Part shown: positions 16,090 to 24,000 of the stretch, piece by piece | How positions within the stretch are numbered: position 1 is the first letter of the stretch | Layout of the letters: every line of letters starts with the position of its first letter | Assembly (NCBI RefSeq): GCF_001693255.1 | Contig: NZ_CP016474.1 | Location: forward strand, 614,661 to 638,660 | Origin: Picosynechococcus sp. PCC 7003 | Lineage (GTDB): Bacteria > Cyanobacteriota > Cyanobacteriia > Cyanobacteriales > MRBY01 | Direction: 5' to 3' | DNA length: 24,000 nucleotides | Notes under the pieces: generated by a model | Told to the model about the DNA's origin: nothing | Seen by the model: the letters and a program-made list of their open reading frames with translations, nothing else | Database searches by the model: none | Translations under genes and position numbers: made by a program

Positions 16090-16572
16090 ATGCTAGACGA
16101 ACAGGCCAAAAAAACAATGCTCCTCCACATTCCCCACGCATTATATATCTGCGGTGTGCGGGATGGGGACGAGATGAATGGCTTTACCGCCAGTTGGGTG
16201 ATGCAAGGTTCCTTTAAGCCCCCCCTCGTGGTCAACTGTGTCCGCTCCGATTCCGGTTCCCACGCCATGCTCAAAAAAACCGGCGTCTTTTCCCTGAGTT
16301 TCCTCGACGACTCCCAGAAGGATATGGCCGCTAATTTCTTCAAACCCAAACGCCGAGTCGGTAACAAGTTTGAAGATGTGGAATTTTACGAAGGGGCCGA
16401 AACTGGCTGTCCAGTGATCAAGGATTCCCTTGGCTATGTGGAATGCAAAGTGGTGGGGGCCGTTGAACAGGGCGATCACACCGTCTTTGTGGGCGAAGTG
16501 ATCGGCGCTGGGGTACACCGGGAAGGCAAAATCCTCGACCTAGCCAGCACAGGCTGGAGTTACGGCGGCTAA
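16090..16572 (+). CDS. flavin reductase-like FMN-binding domain protein
   Basis: About 160 aa with NGFTASWVMQGSFKPPLVVNCV...HAMLKKTGVFSLSFL and a GDHTVFVGEV block, characteristic of the Flavin_Reduct split-barrel family. The ATG at 16090 has a GGAG about 10 nt upstream, so it is preferred over 16051. Confidence 0.72.
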   Translation: MLDEQAKKTMLLHIPHALYICGVRDGDEMNGFTASWVMQGSFKPPLVVNCVRSDSGSHAMLKKTGVFSLSFLDDSQKDMAANFFKPKRRVGNKFEDVEFYEGAETGCPVIKDSLGYVECKVVGAVEQGDHTVFVGEVIGAGVHREGKILDLASTGWSYGG

Positions 16573-16636
16573 AACAAGCTCCATTTTGTCGCAAACCGAC
16601 CGATACCTTTTAACAAAATTTTCCTGATTTAAAACG

Positions 16637-16987
16637 ATGCCTTTGATTAAAGTTCAAACCTCTTTACCGCCTTCTTCCCAAGGGGATGTAGAAGCCCTTT
16701 TGCTCAATTTATCCCGCAAGCTCGCGGCGCACCTTGGTAAGCCAGAATCCTATGTGATGACTGCTTTTGAAGCCGGTATCCCCATGACTTTTGGCGGATC
16801 GATTGATCCGGCTTGTTATGTGGAGATCAAAAGTGTGGGCACCATGGGCGATCGCACCCGCACCATGAGTGAAGACTTCTGCAATGAAATTCACCAAAAT
16901 CTCGGTGTTGCCAAAAATCGCATTTACATTGAGTTTGCCGATGCCAAGGGGAGTATGTGGGGCTGGAATGGCTCTACTTTTGGCTAA
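16637..16987 (+). CDS. MIF / tautomerase-superfamily protein (macrophage migration inhibitory factor homolog)
   Basis: 116 aa beginning MPLIKVQTS, so the catalytic Pro-1 is exposed after Met removal. It also has KPESYVMT and IYIEF...WGWNGSTF at the C-terminus, as in MIF/D-dopachrome tautomerase homologs. Confidence 0.8.
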   Translation: MPLIKVQTSLPPSSQGDVEALLLNLSRKLAAHLGKPESYVMTAFEAGIPMTFGGSIDPACYVEIKSVGTMGDRTRTMSEDFCNEIHQNLGVAKNRIYIEFADAKGSMWGWNGSTFG

Positions 16988-17001
16988 CGAAATATAACGA
17001 A

Positions 17002-17038
17002 GGCTTCCCCGGCCTAAATTGAGGCAATTGGGGAAGCC
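17002..17038. terminator. 9-bp perfect stem-loop between convergent genes (possible bidirectional terminator or RNA-stability element)
   Basis: GGCTTCCCC (17002-17010) pairs with GGGGAAGCC (17030-17038) around a 19-nt loop. An alternative partner, AAGCCTTC (17041-17048), could pair with GAAGGCTT (17000-17007). There is no clear U-tract on either side. Confidence 0.4.
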
Positions 17039-17062
17039 GTAAGCCTTCCTGTGGTGATTAAT

Positions 17063-17422
17063 TTACTGGAGATAAGCGCCCTGGCTATCGGGGTGATCCA
17101 TTTGGGGTAAGCCCATACTGAAGTTCATGACCCGGGAGTCGAGGTTATAGCGGAGTTCGCCTTTTTGGAGTAAGTCACGAATAAAGACTTCTAGATCGGA
17201 GCCGATCCGTCGAAGATTATATTCCGTTAAATCTTCGCCGCTGTTACTTTCCACGAGGGCATCGAACTGGCGATAGACTTTCTGGAGACTTTCTTCGGGC
17301 CAAACGAATTCATTGTCTGGATCGACATCCAAGGTAAGTACGGTTTCACTGGGGATTAATTCATTTTTCTGAATTTCGGCTGTGTAGATGCGTACGTGAC
17401 GGGTCGTGGATTTAAGCAGCAT
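17063..17422 (-). CDS. ndhM: NAD(P)H-quinone oxidoreductase (NDH-1) subunit M
   Basis: 119 aa. MLLKSTTRHVRIYTAE...LTLDVDPDNEF.W...L.KVY..F..LV....G..LTEYNLRRIGSDLE.FIR.LLQ.GE..YNL matches the conserved NdhM sequence. Confidence 0.88.
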   Translation of the reverse strand: MLLKSTTRHVRIYTAEIQKNELIPSETVLTLDVDPDNEFVWPEESLQKVYRQFDALVESNSGEDLTEYNLRRIGSDLEVFIRDLLQKGELRYNLDSRVMNFSMGLPQMDHPDSQGAYLQ

Positions 17423-17528
17423 AGGACTTAACAGATAAAATGAGAATTATTCTGCAACAATTACTATTGTGACATTTCCCCAGTGTACAGAGAAAGTTTT
17501 TCTTGGTGCGGTGCCAGATAATGCACCA

Positions 17529-17975
17529 TTGTTCTCGATATTTCACAAAGTAAGGATCCGGCGGAAAAGTCTGGGGCAGCTCGTTATTTTTAGTGTGATA
17601 CTGCTCAATCTCTGGGGTTGTACTGTGGCGAAGGCTCCCCGGGAATTTGCCCCGGATGGTGAAGTGATCCAACGGGCGATCGCCACCAAACTCCAAAGCC
17701 ATTACCAGCAACTGAGCCAGACTATTAACGCACCACCGCCCAACTTGGAACTAAAAAATATCCAGGTGAAAAAGCTCGATTCTTTTTTTCTCCAAGCCCT
17801 CCCGGTTTACCATCTCCAGGGCACCTATGATGTGGTGTTGAATTTTCCCTCCCAGCGCACAGAAAACCGTCGCCGCAATCCCTTTGAGGTTTATCTCCAG
17901 CGGCAACCGGAAGGAAAAACTTGGCGATCGCTCGAAAAAAATCCCCAGGGTTGGCGATCGCAACAACTCCCTTGA
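17529..17975 (+). CDS. hypothetical lipoprotein (start uncertain; the ORF is open from the GTG at 17469)
   Basis: A signal-peptide-like segment (KVRIRRKSLGQLVIFSVILLNLWGC) ends in a lipobox-like LWGC. The only in-frame candidate start near the signal peptide is the TTG at 17529. I recognise no family. Confidence 0.45.
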   Translation: MFSIFHKVRIRRKSLGQLVIFSVILLNLWGCTVAKAPREFAPDGEVIQRAIATKLQSHYQQLSQTINAPPPNLELKNIQVKKLDSFFLQALPVYHLQGTYDVVLNFPSQRTENRRRNPFEVYLQRQPEGKTWRSLEKNPQGWRSQQLP

Positions 17976-18032
17976 TAAGCCCCATCTTCGTTTCCCTGAC
18001 CCTCTACAATAAAAGCAATCCGCCTTTGCCCG

Positions 18033-18584
18033 ATGTCCCCGCCTATGTATGACGAAGAAGATTACCGTCCTGTCCGCCGCTTCCCAAAAGTTCCCCTAGA
18101 CAGACGCTTTTGGGCTTTTTTTGTGGATTTCATCGTGGCTTGGATTATTAGTGGCTTAGGAGGATTCACCCTGCAGTGGTTAGTCTTTCTTGTCGTTTGG
18201 TTTGGCCTGCGGGTCTTTCTCGTTAGCCGTAACCAAGGTCAAAGCCTGGGCAGTTGGGCCTTTGATATCAAAGTTATCGATATCCGTTACCGGGTGCCGG
18301 AAATTATCAACCTCAGTAAACGAGAAGGCATTTTAGGCTTTGCTGCCATGCTCGCCATGTACGGCATCCAGAGTTTTTTCTTGATGGGCAATGGGATCTC
18401 TCTCATCCTGTTGGTGTCGCCCCTCCTTACCACCTGTGGCGTGGCGATCGCCGACGAAGAATTCAACCAAGCCTTCCACGATCGCATCGCCGAAACCTAT
18501 ATGATCCAAACCCAGCGCGGTTTTTCCCTCGATTTGCGCCTAAAACAGATCCTTGCCGAGCTAAGACAAAATATGCAAAAATAG
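18033..18584 (+). CDS. RDD-family membrane protein
   Basis: 183 aa with RRFWAFFVDFIVAWIISG near the N-terminus and about three TM segments. Conserved R/D positions fit the RDD domain pattern. Confidence 0.65.
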   Translation: MSPPMYDEEDYRPVRRFPKVPLDRRFWAFFVDFIVAWIISGLGGFTLQWLVFLVVWFGLRVFLVSRNQGQSLGSWAFDIKVIDIRYRVPEIINLSKREGILGFAAMLAMYGIQSFFLMGNGISLILLVSPLLTTCGVAIADEEFNQAFHDRIAETYMIQTQRGFSLDLRLKQILAELRQNMQK

Positions 18585-18636
18585 AAATTTGTGTATAAAC
18601 CTTAGCGATCCACAACCGCTAACCTAGTAAAAAATT

Positions 18637-18831
18637 ATGGCAAGCAAAAAAGGCGTCCGCATTACCATCACCGTGGAATGCACCGAATGTCGCACCAATA
18701 CCAACAAGCGTTCTAACGGCGTGTCCCGTTATACCACTAGCAAAAACCGTCGGAACACCACCGGGCGGCTCGAAATCAAGAAGTTCTGCCCCCACTGCAA
18801 CGCGCATACTGTCCACAAAGAAATTAAGTAG
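18637..18831 (+). CDS. rpmG: 50S ribosomal protein L33
   Basis: [64 protein letters not shown]. This is canonical L33 with zinc-ribbon CxxC...CxxC. Confidence 0.95.
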   Translation: MASKKGVRITITVECTECRTNTNKRSNGVSRYTTSKNRRNTTGRLEIKKFCPHCNAHTVHKEIK

Positions 18832-18895
18832 GTAAGTCCTTTACCGCTGAAATTTTATCGACAAATTTTTTATTTTTTAACGCTATTTATTAACC

Positions 18896-19111
18896 ATGGC
18901 CTACTACCGTAAACGTCTTTCTCCGATTCCTCCTAGCCAGCCGATCGATTACAAAGATGTCGAACTGCTCCGTAAGTTTGTCACCGAACGCGGCAAAATC
19001 TTACCCCGTCGGATCACCGGCTTAACGGCTCGTCAACAACGGGATGTCAATACCGCCATTAAGCGGGCACGGATGCTGGCCCTGTTGCCCTTCATCAACA
19101 AAGAAGGCTAA
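18896..19111 (+). CDS. rpsR: 30S ribosomal protein S18
   Basis: [50 protein letters not shown], the canonical S18 core. Confidence 0.95.
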   Translation: MAYYRKRLSPIPPSQPIDYKDVELLRKFVTERGKILPRRITGLTARQQRDVNTAIKRARMLALLPFINKEG

Positions 19112-19182
19112 AGTGATGCCAAGCAATTCTAGGTGTTCAGTTTAGGATTGCTCTTGTATAGTCGCGTTAGGCAACAAAGCTG

Positions 19183-21195
19183 GTGGAAAAAGGACAACTG
19201 ATCGAGTTTCGGCTACAGGGAGAACGAGTACTTGCTGTCGCTGAGCGTCCTGAAGGAAAAAAAGATTGGATCGTAATCGATGGACGGGGGCAATCCCATA
19301 AGCTGCGTCCCCAAAGGGTTGAATATACCGTGGCGGGTTCCCCCTACGATCCAACCGAGATCCCCAGCTTTTCCACAGAAAGTCAGGCATTAGTTGATCC
19401 CGATAACCTCGCCGTCGCCTGGGAATTTCTCGTCGAAGCCTCGGAACAGGCAACCCCAGAATCCCTCGCGCAACTTTTGTTTTCGACGAAAACGCCCCAG
19501 CAATGTTATGCCTGTCACCTAATGCTGGCGGAAGACAAGATTTTCTTTAAACGCAAAGGGGACTACTACGAGCCCCGTTCAGAGGCGCAAGTTCGAGAGA
19601 TTCAACATCAGCTAGAAGTTGAAGCCCAAAAAGAGCGCGAAAAAACAGAATTTTTACAGCGGGTTAACCAGGCGATCGCCGGGGAAACAGTAACCTGGGA
19701 AGACAGCGATCGGCAACGTTTCGAAAGCCTAGAAAGATTTGTCCTCTACCCAGAACAATCGGCCAAAGCCGCCCACGACCTCCTCGAGATGCTGGGGCGA
19801 TCGCCCACAACCGAACAGGCATTCCGCCTCTTAGTTTCCCTTGGGTGGTGGAGTTCCCACGAAAATCTTGCTCTCCTCCGGAGCGGTTACCCCAGAAAAT
19901 TTTCTCAGAAGGTACTCGATGTGTCCCATGTCCGCCTGTCAGCCTCACCCGGTGATACCGATGAGGGGAACCGTATCGATTTAACCCATCTCAAAACCTA
20001 CACCATTGACGATGAGAGCACCTCGGAAATTGACGATGGCCTCAGTATTGAAACTTTAGAAAATGGCCTGCATAAAGTTTGGATCCACATCGCTGATCCC
20101 ACACGCTTACTAAGCCCTGGGGATGAACTTGATCTAGAAGCCCGCCGTCGCAGTACCAGCCTCTATTTACCCACGGGGATGATCTCCATGTTCCCGGAAG
20201 AGTTGGCGACGGGGCCCATGAGCTTGCGCCAAGGACAGGTCTGTGCTGCTCTCAGTTTTGGGGTTTTGCTCACAGATAATGGGGCGATCGCCGATTATGA
20301 AATTACCCCCAGTTGGGTGAAGCCCACCTACCGCCTGACCTATGACGACGTGGACGAAATGCTCCATCTGCGGATCCAGGCCGAATCAGAAATTGCCCTC
20401 CTCGCGGATTTTGCCCACAAACGCCGAAAGTGGCGGGATGCCCAAGGCTCCATTAGCATCAAGATGCCCGAAGCCTCCATTAAGGTGCAGGATGAAAACG
20501 TTTTCATCGAAGTCCTCCATGCCTCGATGTCCCGGGAACTGGTTGCGGAAATGATGATCCTTGCCGGCGAAGTGGCAGGTCATTATGGCCGCACCCATTG
20601 TTTACCTTTGCCTTTCCGGGGACAACCCCAGCCGGAACTCCCCCCCCAAGAAGAACTTTTGTTATTACCCGCCGGGCCTGTGCGCGCCTGTGCCGTACGG
20701 CGTTGTATGCCCCGCAGTGAAATGGGGACAAATCCTGTGCGCCATGCCAGTTTGGGATTAGATTCCTATATCCAAGTCACATCGCCCATTCGTCGTTATA
20801 CGGATCTATTAGCCCATTTCCAAATTAAGGCCCATCTGCGGGGGGATGAACTGCCTTTCTCAGTAGATGAACTCAAGGAAATTCTCTACAGCGTTGTCAC
20901 TTCTAGTCAGGAAGCTGTCCATGTGGAGCGCCAAACCAACCGCTATTGGAGCCTCGAATATTTACGTCGTAATGCGGATCAAGTGTGGCAGGGTTTAGTT
21001 CTGCGCTGGCTCCGGGAAGATGAAAAGTTAGGCATTATTCTCCTGGAAGAGCTGGGCCTAGAGCTTCCCCATCGCTTTGAACGGGCCGTTGCCCTAGGCG
21101 ATCGCCTGGAAGTAAAAGTAAGCCAGGCCGATCCCCACAAAGATGAAATTCGCTTCCGGGAACTGCTCGAAACGGAGATTGCGGCGGCCTCCTAG
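19183..21195 (+). CDS. RNB-family 3'-5' exoribonuclease (RNase II/R)
   Basis: 670 aa starting at a GTG. The RNB catalytic region has TIDDESTSEIDDGLS and SPIRRYTDLLAH..I, with a C-terminal S1-like segment (GDRLEVKV). It lies directly downstream of rpmG-rpsR. Confidence 0.85.
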   Translation: MEKGQLIEFRLQGERVLAVAERPEGKKDWIVIDGRGQSHKLRPQRVEYTVAGSPYDPTEIPSFSTESQALVDPDNLAVAWEFLVEASEQATPESLAQLLFSTKTPQQCYACHLMLAEDKIFFKRKGDYYEPRSEAQVREIQHQLEVEAQKEREKTEFLQRVNQAIAGETVTWEDSDRQRFESLERFVLYPEQSAKAAHDLLEMLGRSPTTEQAFRLLVSLGWWSSHENLALLRSGYPRKFSQKVLDVSHVRLSASPGDTDEGNRIDLTHLKTYTIDDESTSEIDDGLSIETLENGLHKVWIHIADPTRLLSPGDELDLEARRRSTSLYLPTGMISMFPEELATGPMSLRQGQVCAALSFGVLLTDNGAIADYEITPSWVKPTYRLTYDDVDEMLHLRIQAESEIALLADFAHKRRKWRDAQGSISIKMPEASIKVQDENVFIEVLHASMSRELVAEMMILAGEVAGHYGRTHCLPLPFRGQPQPELPPQEELLLLPAGPVRACAVRRCMPRSEMGTNPVRHASLGLDSYIQVTSPIRRYTDLLAHFQIKAHLRGDELPFSVDELKEILYSVVTSSQEAVHVERQTNRYWSLEYLRRNADQVWQGLVLRWLREDEKLGIILLEELGLELPHRFERAVALGDRLEVKVSQADPHKDEIRFRELLETEIAAAS

Positions 21196-21268
21196 GGTGA
21201 AAAGTAGTCGAATCATCAAGATTTATAACAGACTTTGCGGGTTCCCCATTGAGAAATATTGCAGTTCT

Positions 21269-21290
21269 CCGGGGGGAGCCCGTTGTTTTT
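21269..21290 (+). terminator. candidate intrinsic terminator after the RNB gene
   Basis: CGGG-GGGAG-CCCG forms a 4-bp all-G:C stem (21270-21273 with 21279-21282), followed by UUGUUUUU (21283-21290). It lies about 75 nt after the stop. The stem is short. Confidence 0.45.
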
Positions 21291-21351
21291 CCAGGGCATG
21301 GTAACCTCATAGCCAGCGAACTTGAAATGTTTTCGAACAACTGTGAAAGCA

Positions 21352-21555
21352 ATGACTGCTATTTACTCTACAAAGAATCAAGTCAATCCCTGGGCAGAAG
21401 ATATGGGTGAATACGTGGCCCAACTGCAGCTCCATATGGCACTCCAAGCCAAGAATCTCGTGCCCTCCTTAGAGCAACCCCAAGATGGTCGGCATCAGTT
21501 GCTCCATGAATCCCAACTCCATCTGGAAAAATTGGCTTCCCGCCAGCTTGCCTAA
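21352..21555 (+). CDS. hypothetical small soluble protein (67 aa)
   Basis: ORF from the ATG at 21352 (MTAIYSTKNQVNPWAEDMGEYVAQLQLHMALQAK...). Its codon third-position usage resembles neighbouring genes and the protein is predicted helical. There is no recognisable family and no clear SD sequence. Confidence 0.4.
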   Translation: MTAIYSTKNQVNPWAEDMGEYVAQLQLHMALQAKNLVPSLEQPQDGRHQLLHESQLHLEKLASRQLA

Positions 21556-21614
21556 GAGATTAAAAAATAATACTTCTTGCCAAGGAAAATCCCACGGGGT
21601 TTAGCCTATTCCGA

Positions 21615-22490
21615 TCATTGGGTTAGACAATCTTCTAGGCGCTGTAAGGCTCCCTGCCATTGGACATAGCCAGCATCGCTCAAGTGAAGGCCATCGGTGG
21701 TTAACTCTAACCGGAGGCCGCCGTTAGCATCGGTAAATAAAGGATAAAGATTGAGATAATTGACACCTTCTTGGGTGGCGATCGCCTGAAGCTGTTGATT
21801 AATGCGGATAGCTCGGTCTTTACGCAAATAGTGGTGATTGGTCGGTAAAAGAGACTGCACGATGATCACCGTTTCAGGATGCTGGCAGCGTAATTGATGA
21901 ATGATTGCCCGCAGATTATTCAGTAATGTCATTTCAGAAACCCCCTGCTTGAGGTCATTGACCCCGGCCATTAGATAAATTGTGTCTGGTTGAAGACCAT
22001 TAAGCGTGCCGAGACGCGCCAGAATTTGACTCGTATTTTCCCCCGAAATCCCTTGGTTCAGCCAAATTTTAGAGGCGGGTAAGAGGTCATTGGGAAACCA
22101 GAGGCTCAGGGAATCTCCTAACAAAACGCTGAGAGACTGTCGCCCTTGATATTTCGCCGCTAAGTTTACTTCTTGGCTTAAGAGTTGTTGCCATTGCTGA
22201 TAGGTGGGTTGAAGGGCGCCGTTCGTCCATAGCCGGGTACTTGCTCCTTCCTTGAGGGCGGTTTGGATTTGTCCCCGTAATAAAGCATTAATGCGAAAAG
22301 TGTAGAGTTGCGCCCCAGAACGAAAGCGGGGGCTAGATAAATATTGCGGTGTTGCCGTTGCCCAAAGGTTGGTGCCCGTTGGATTGCTTGCCCTTTGGAC
22401 ACAAGTTTGGGGGGCGATCGCCGCGATCGAATTAATCGCAGTCGGTGTCCGACATAATAAATTTGCAACTAAAAATAACGGTTCTGACAT
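21615..22490 (-). CDS. SGNH/GDSL-family hydrolase (lipase/acylhydrolase)
   Basis: Block I is LLGDSLS (catalytic Ser), block III is GVND and block V is DGLHLS (Asp/His). The ~130-aa N-terminal extension has no recognised domain. The start is either the ATG at 22490 or the GTG at 22511. Confidence 0.75.
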   Translation of the reverse strand: MSEPLFLVANLLCRTPTAINSIAAIAPQTCVQRASNPTGTNLWATATPQYLSSPRFRSGAQLYTFRINALLRGQIQTALKEGASTRLWTNGALQPTYQQWQQLLSQEVNLAAKYQGRQSLSVLLGDSLSLWFPNDLLPASKIWLNQGISGENTSQILARLGTLNGLQPDTIYLMAGVNDLKQGVSEMTLLNNLRAIIHQLRCQHPETVIIVQSLLPTNHHYLRKDRAIRINQQLQAIATQEGVNYLNLYPLFTDANGGLRLELTTDGLHLSDAGYVQWQGALQRLEDCLTQ

Positions 22491-22615
22491 GGCAATTTCC
22501 AGGGCAAACACCTCCTATTATTGTCCCAAAACGAAAGGTTGCCGATAAATCCGTCAAGAATAAACCCTTTAATGACCCAGGGGTTTGTTACATTAATCTG
22601 GTAAAACGCGACTGG

Positions 22616-22655
22616 GAAGCCTCTGGCTATCCTGCTTCGTTTTTTTGACCGAAGC
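22616..22655 (+). promoter_or_regulatory. leader element with mutually exclusive hairpins around a U7 run, 60 nt upstream of the antiporter start
   Basis: GAAGC (22616-22620), GCTTCG (22634-22639) and CGAAGC (22650-22655) are mutually complementary. Pairing the first two gives a 5-bp hairpin followed by U7 (22640-22646), which looks like a terminator. Pairing the last two gives a 6-bp hairpin that places the U-run in its loop. Confidence 0.3.
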
Positions 22656-22714
22656 CAAACCTCCCCGGATAACTTTGGTCCCTACGCTTGTCGTTACCTT
22701 GTCATCAAAAATTC

Positions 22715-24000
22715 ATGCCGTATTTTCAATCGTTCCTTCTCAATGCGCCCCCCGCCAGTGAAGCAGCGGAACCATCTATGATTCTGGCTGCGGTACTACT
22801 GAGCCTTGTGGTCATTTATTTTGCGAGTAAGGTGGGCGGAGAGCTTTGTTCCCGCATCAATCTCCCCCCGGTGCTGGGCGAATTAGTCGGTGGAGTATTG
22901 GTGGGCGTATCTGCCCTGAGCCTACTGGTCTTTCCGGAAGGGGGCATCGAAGCATCCCAATCGCTACTGATGCAATTTCTCCAAAATACAGCTGGTTTAA
23001 GTCCAGAGGCGGCTCCGGCGGTGTTTGCTAGTCAAAGCGAAGTAATTTCTGTTCTAGCGGAACTAGGGGTCATTATTCTGCTGTTTGAAATTGGTCTCGA
23101 ATCGGATCTGCAAGAACTGATTAAAGTTGGCCCCCAAGCGGCCATCGTCGCCGTGGTGGGGGTAGTGGCACCTTTTGCTGCCGGAACAGCGGGTTTAGTC
23201 TTTTTATTTCACCTAAGTACGGTGCCGGCGATTTTTGCGGGGGCAGCCCTCACGGCAACCAGCATCGGGATTACCGCTAAGGTACTGGCTGAATTGGGAC
23301 AACTGACCACCAAGGAAGGACAAATTATTATTGGGGCGGCTGTGCTCGATGATGTCCTCGGCATTATTGTCCTCGCTGTGGTTGCAAGTTTGGCAAAAAC
23401 CGGGGAAGTTCAGGTTGTTAGTACTATCTGGCTCATTGTTAGCGCTGGGGCGTTTCTCATTGGTGCGATTATTGTCGGTCGCCTCCTGAGTCCTTTGTTT
23501 GTCAGTTTGGTGGATGGCATGAAAACCAGAGGCCAATTGTTAACCGTATCCGTCGTTTTTGCCTTTGTGCTGTCCTACATTGCGACGGTGATCCAACTGG
23601 AGGCGATTCTTGGGGCCTTTGCGGCTGGACTGATCTTGGCGGAAACGGATAAACGGGGCGAACTAGAAGAACAGGTACTGCCGGTGGCGGATTTGTTTGT
23701 GCCGATCTTTTTTGTGTGCGTCGGGGCAAAAACAGACCTCAGTGTCCTCAACCCGGCGGTTCCGGCCAACCGTGAAGGATTAATTATTGCGGCCTTTTTG
23801 ATCGTGGTGGCAATTATCGGGAAAGTTATTACGGGCTTTACAGTCTTTGGCCAAGATCAGTTAAATAAGTTGGCAATTGGGGTAGGCATGATTCCCCGGG
23901 GCGAAGTGGGCCTTGTGTTTGCGGGGGTCGGTTCGGCCAGTGGTGCCCTCTCAGAATCGACGGAAGCGGCAATCATTATGATGGTCATCTTGACGACGTT
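22715..24000 (+). CDS. cation/proton antiporter, CPA2 (Kef/NhaS-type), N-terminal ~428 aa; continues beyond window end
   Basis: The frame is open from the ATG at 22715 to the window end, so it is absent from the ORF track. The product is polytopic, with typical Na_H_Exchanger blocks: PPVLGELVGGVLVG, LAELGVIILLFEIGLESD, TATSIGITAKVL.ELG, GAAVLDDVLGIIVLAV and IPRGEVGLVFAG. Confidence 0.85.
   Translation, partial: MPYFQSFLLNAPPASEAAEPSMILAAVLLSLVVIYFASKVGGELCSRINLPPVLGELVGGVLVGVSALSLLVFPEGGIEASQSLLMQFLQNTAGLSPEAAPAVFASQSEVISVLAELGVIILLFEIGLESDLQELIKVGPQAAIVAVVGVVAPFAAGTAGLVFLFHLSTVPAIFAGAALTATSIGITAKVLAELGQLTTKEGQIIIGAAVLDDVLGIIVLAVVASLAKTGEVQVVSTIWLIVSAGAFLIGAIIVGRLLSPLFVSLVDGMKTRGQLLTVSVVFAFVLSYIATVIQLEAILGAFAAGLILAETDKRGELEEQVLPVADLFVPIFFVCVGAKTDLSVLNPAVPANREGLIIAAFLIVVAIIGKVITGFTVFGQDQLNKLAIGVGMIPRGEVGLVFAGVGSASGALSESTEAAIIMMVILTT

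Larger units (their letters stand above)
155..22431. repeat. dispersed HIP1 octamers (GCGATCGC), at least 44 copies
   Basis: Manual scan found exact GCGATCGC starting at 155, 284, 912, 942, 2022, 2328, 3142, 3280, 5303, 5682, 6347, 6584, 6947, 7279, 7881, 8044, 8383, 9055, 9139, 9585, 11024, 11318, 11419, 11904, 12199, 13051, 13165, 14002, 14973, 15131, 15668, 15851, 15954, 16848, 17676, 17924, 17954, 18444, 19672, 19797, 20284, 21108, 21778 and 22424. The random expectation for one octamer in 24 kb is below 1. Confidence 0.9.

Overview
This looks like a cyanobacterial chromosomal core region. The HIP1 octamer GCGATCGC occurs at least 44 times by my manual scan. Gene content is cyanobacterial: NdhL and NdhM (NDH-1 subunits restricted to cyanobacteria and plastids), a VKOR-thioredoxin fusion, a 2-Cys peroxiredoxin and an rpmG-rpsR-RNB exoribonuclease cluster. 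It is reminiscent of a unicellular Synechococcus PCC 7002-like genome, but I cannot verify that without a database search.

I support about 25 protein-coding genes:
- glgP (5' part, runs off the left edge)
- a small membrane protein and a TerY-like vWA protein
- a translationally coupled mtnB-mtnD-mtnC methionine-salvage operon
- an orphan membrane ORF in an AT-rich spacer
- an RsbW-like ATPase
- a RumA/RlmD rRNA methyltransferase
- a 2-Cys peroxiredoxin
- a GT39-type membrane glycosyltransferase with a large C-terminal domain
- ndhL, a DUF3007-like gene and trpA
- a ClC channel fused to two CBS and two USP domains
- a VKOR-Trx fusion
- moaB, a flavin reductase-domain protein and a MIF-family tautomerase
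- ndhM, a putative lipoprotein and an RDD protein
- rpmG, rpsR and an RNase II/R enzyme
- a small hypothetical protein, an SGNH/GDSL hydrolase and a CPA2 cation/proton antiporter (runs off the right edge)

I found no tRNA or rRNA genes, CRISPR arrays, transposases, integrases or recognisable defence, toxin-antitoxin or secondary-metabolite clusters. I see no convincing novel multi-gene system; the window reads as ordinary housekeeping DNA.

The items most worth a second look are non-coding:
1. A 300-bp gene-free segment (15218-15516) with three nested collinear helices and a cUUCGg hairpin on the minus strand. It could be a structured RNA or a MITE-like relic.
2. A leader upstream of the antiporter (22616-22655) with mutually exclusive hairpins around a U7 run.
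3. Phased direct repeats upstream of glgP.

All functional calls come from my own reading of the translated ORFs against remembered family signatures. No searches were run.
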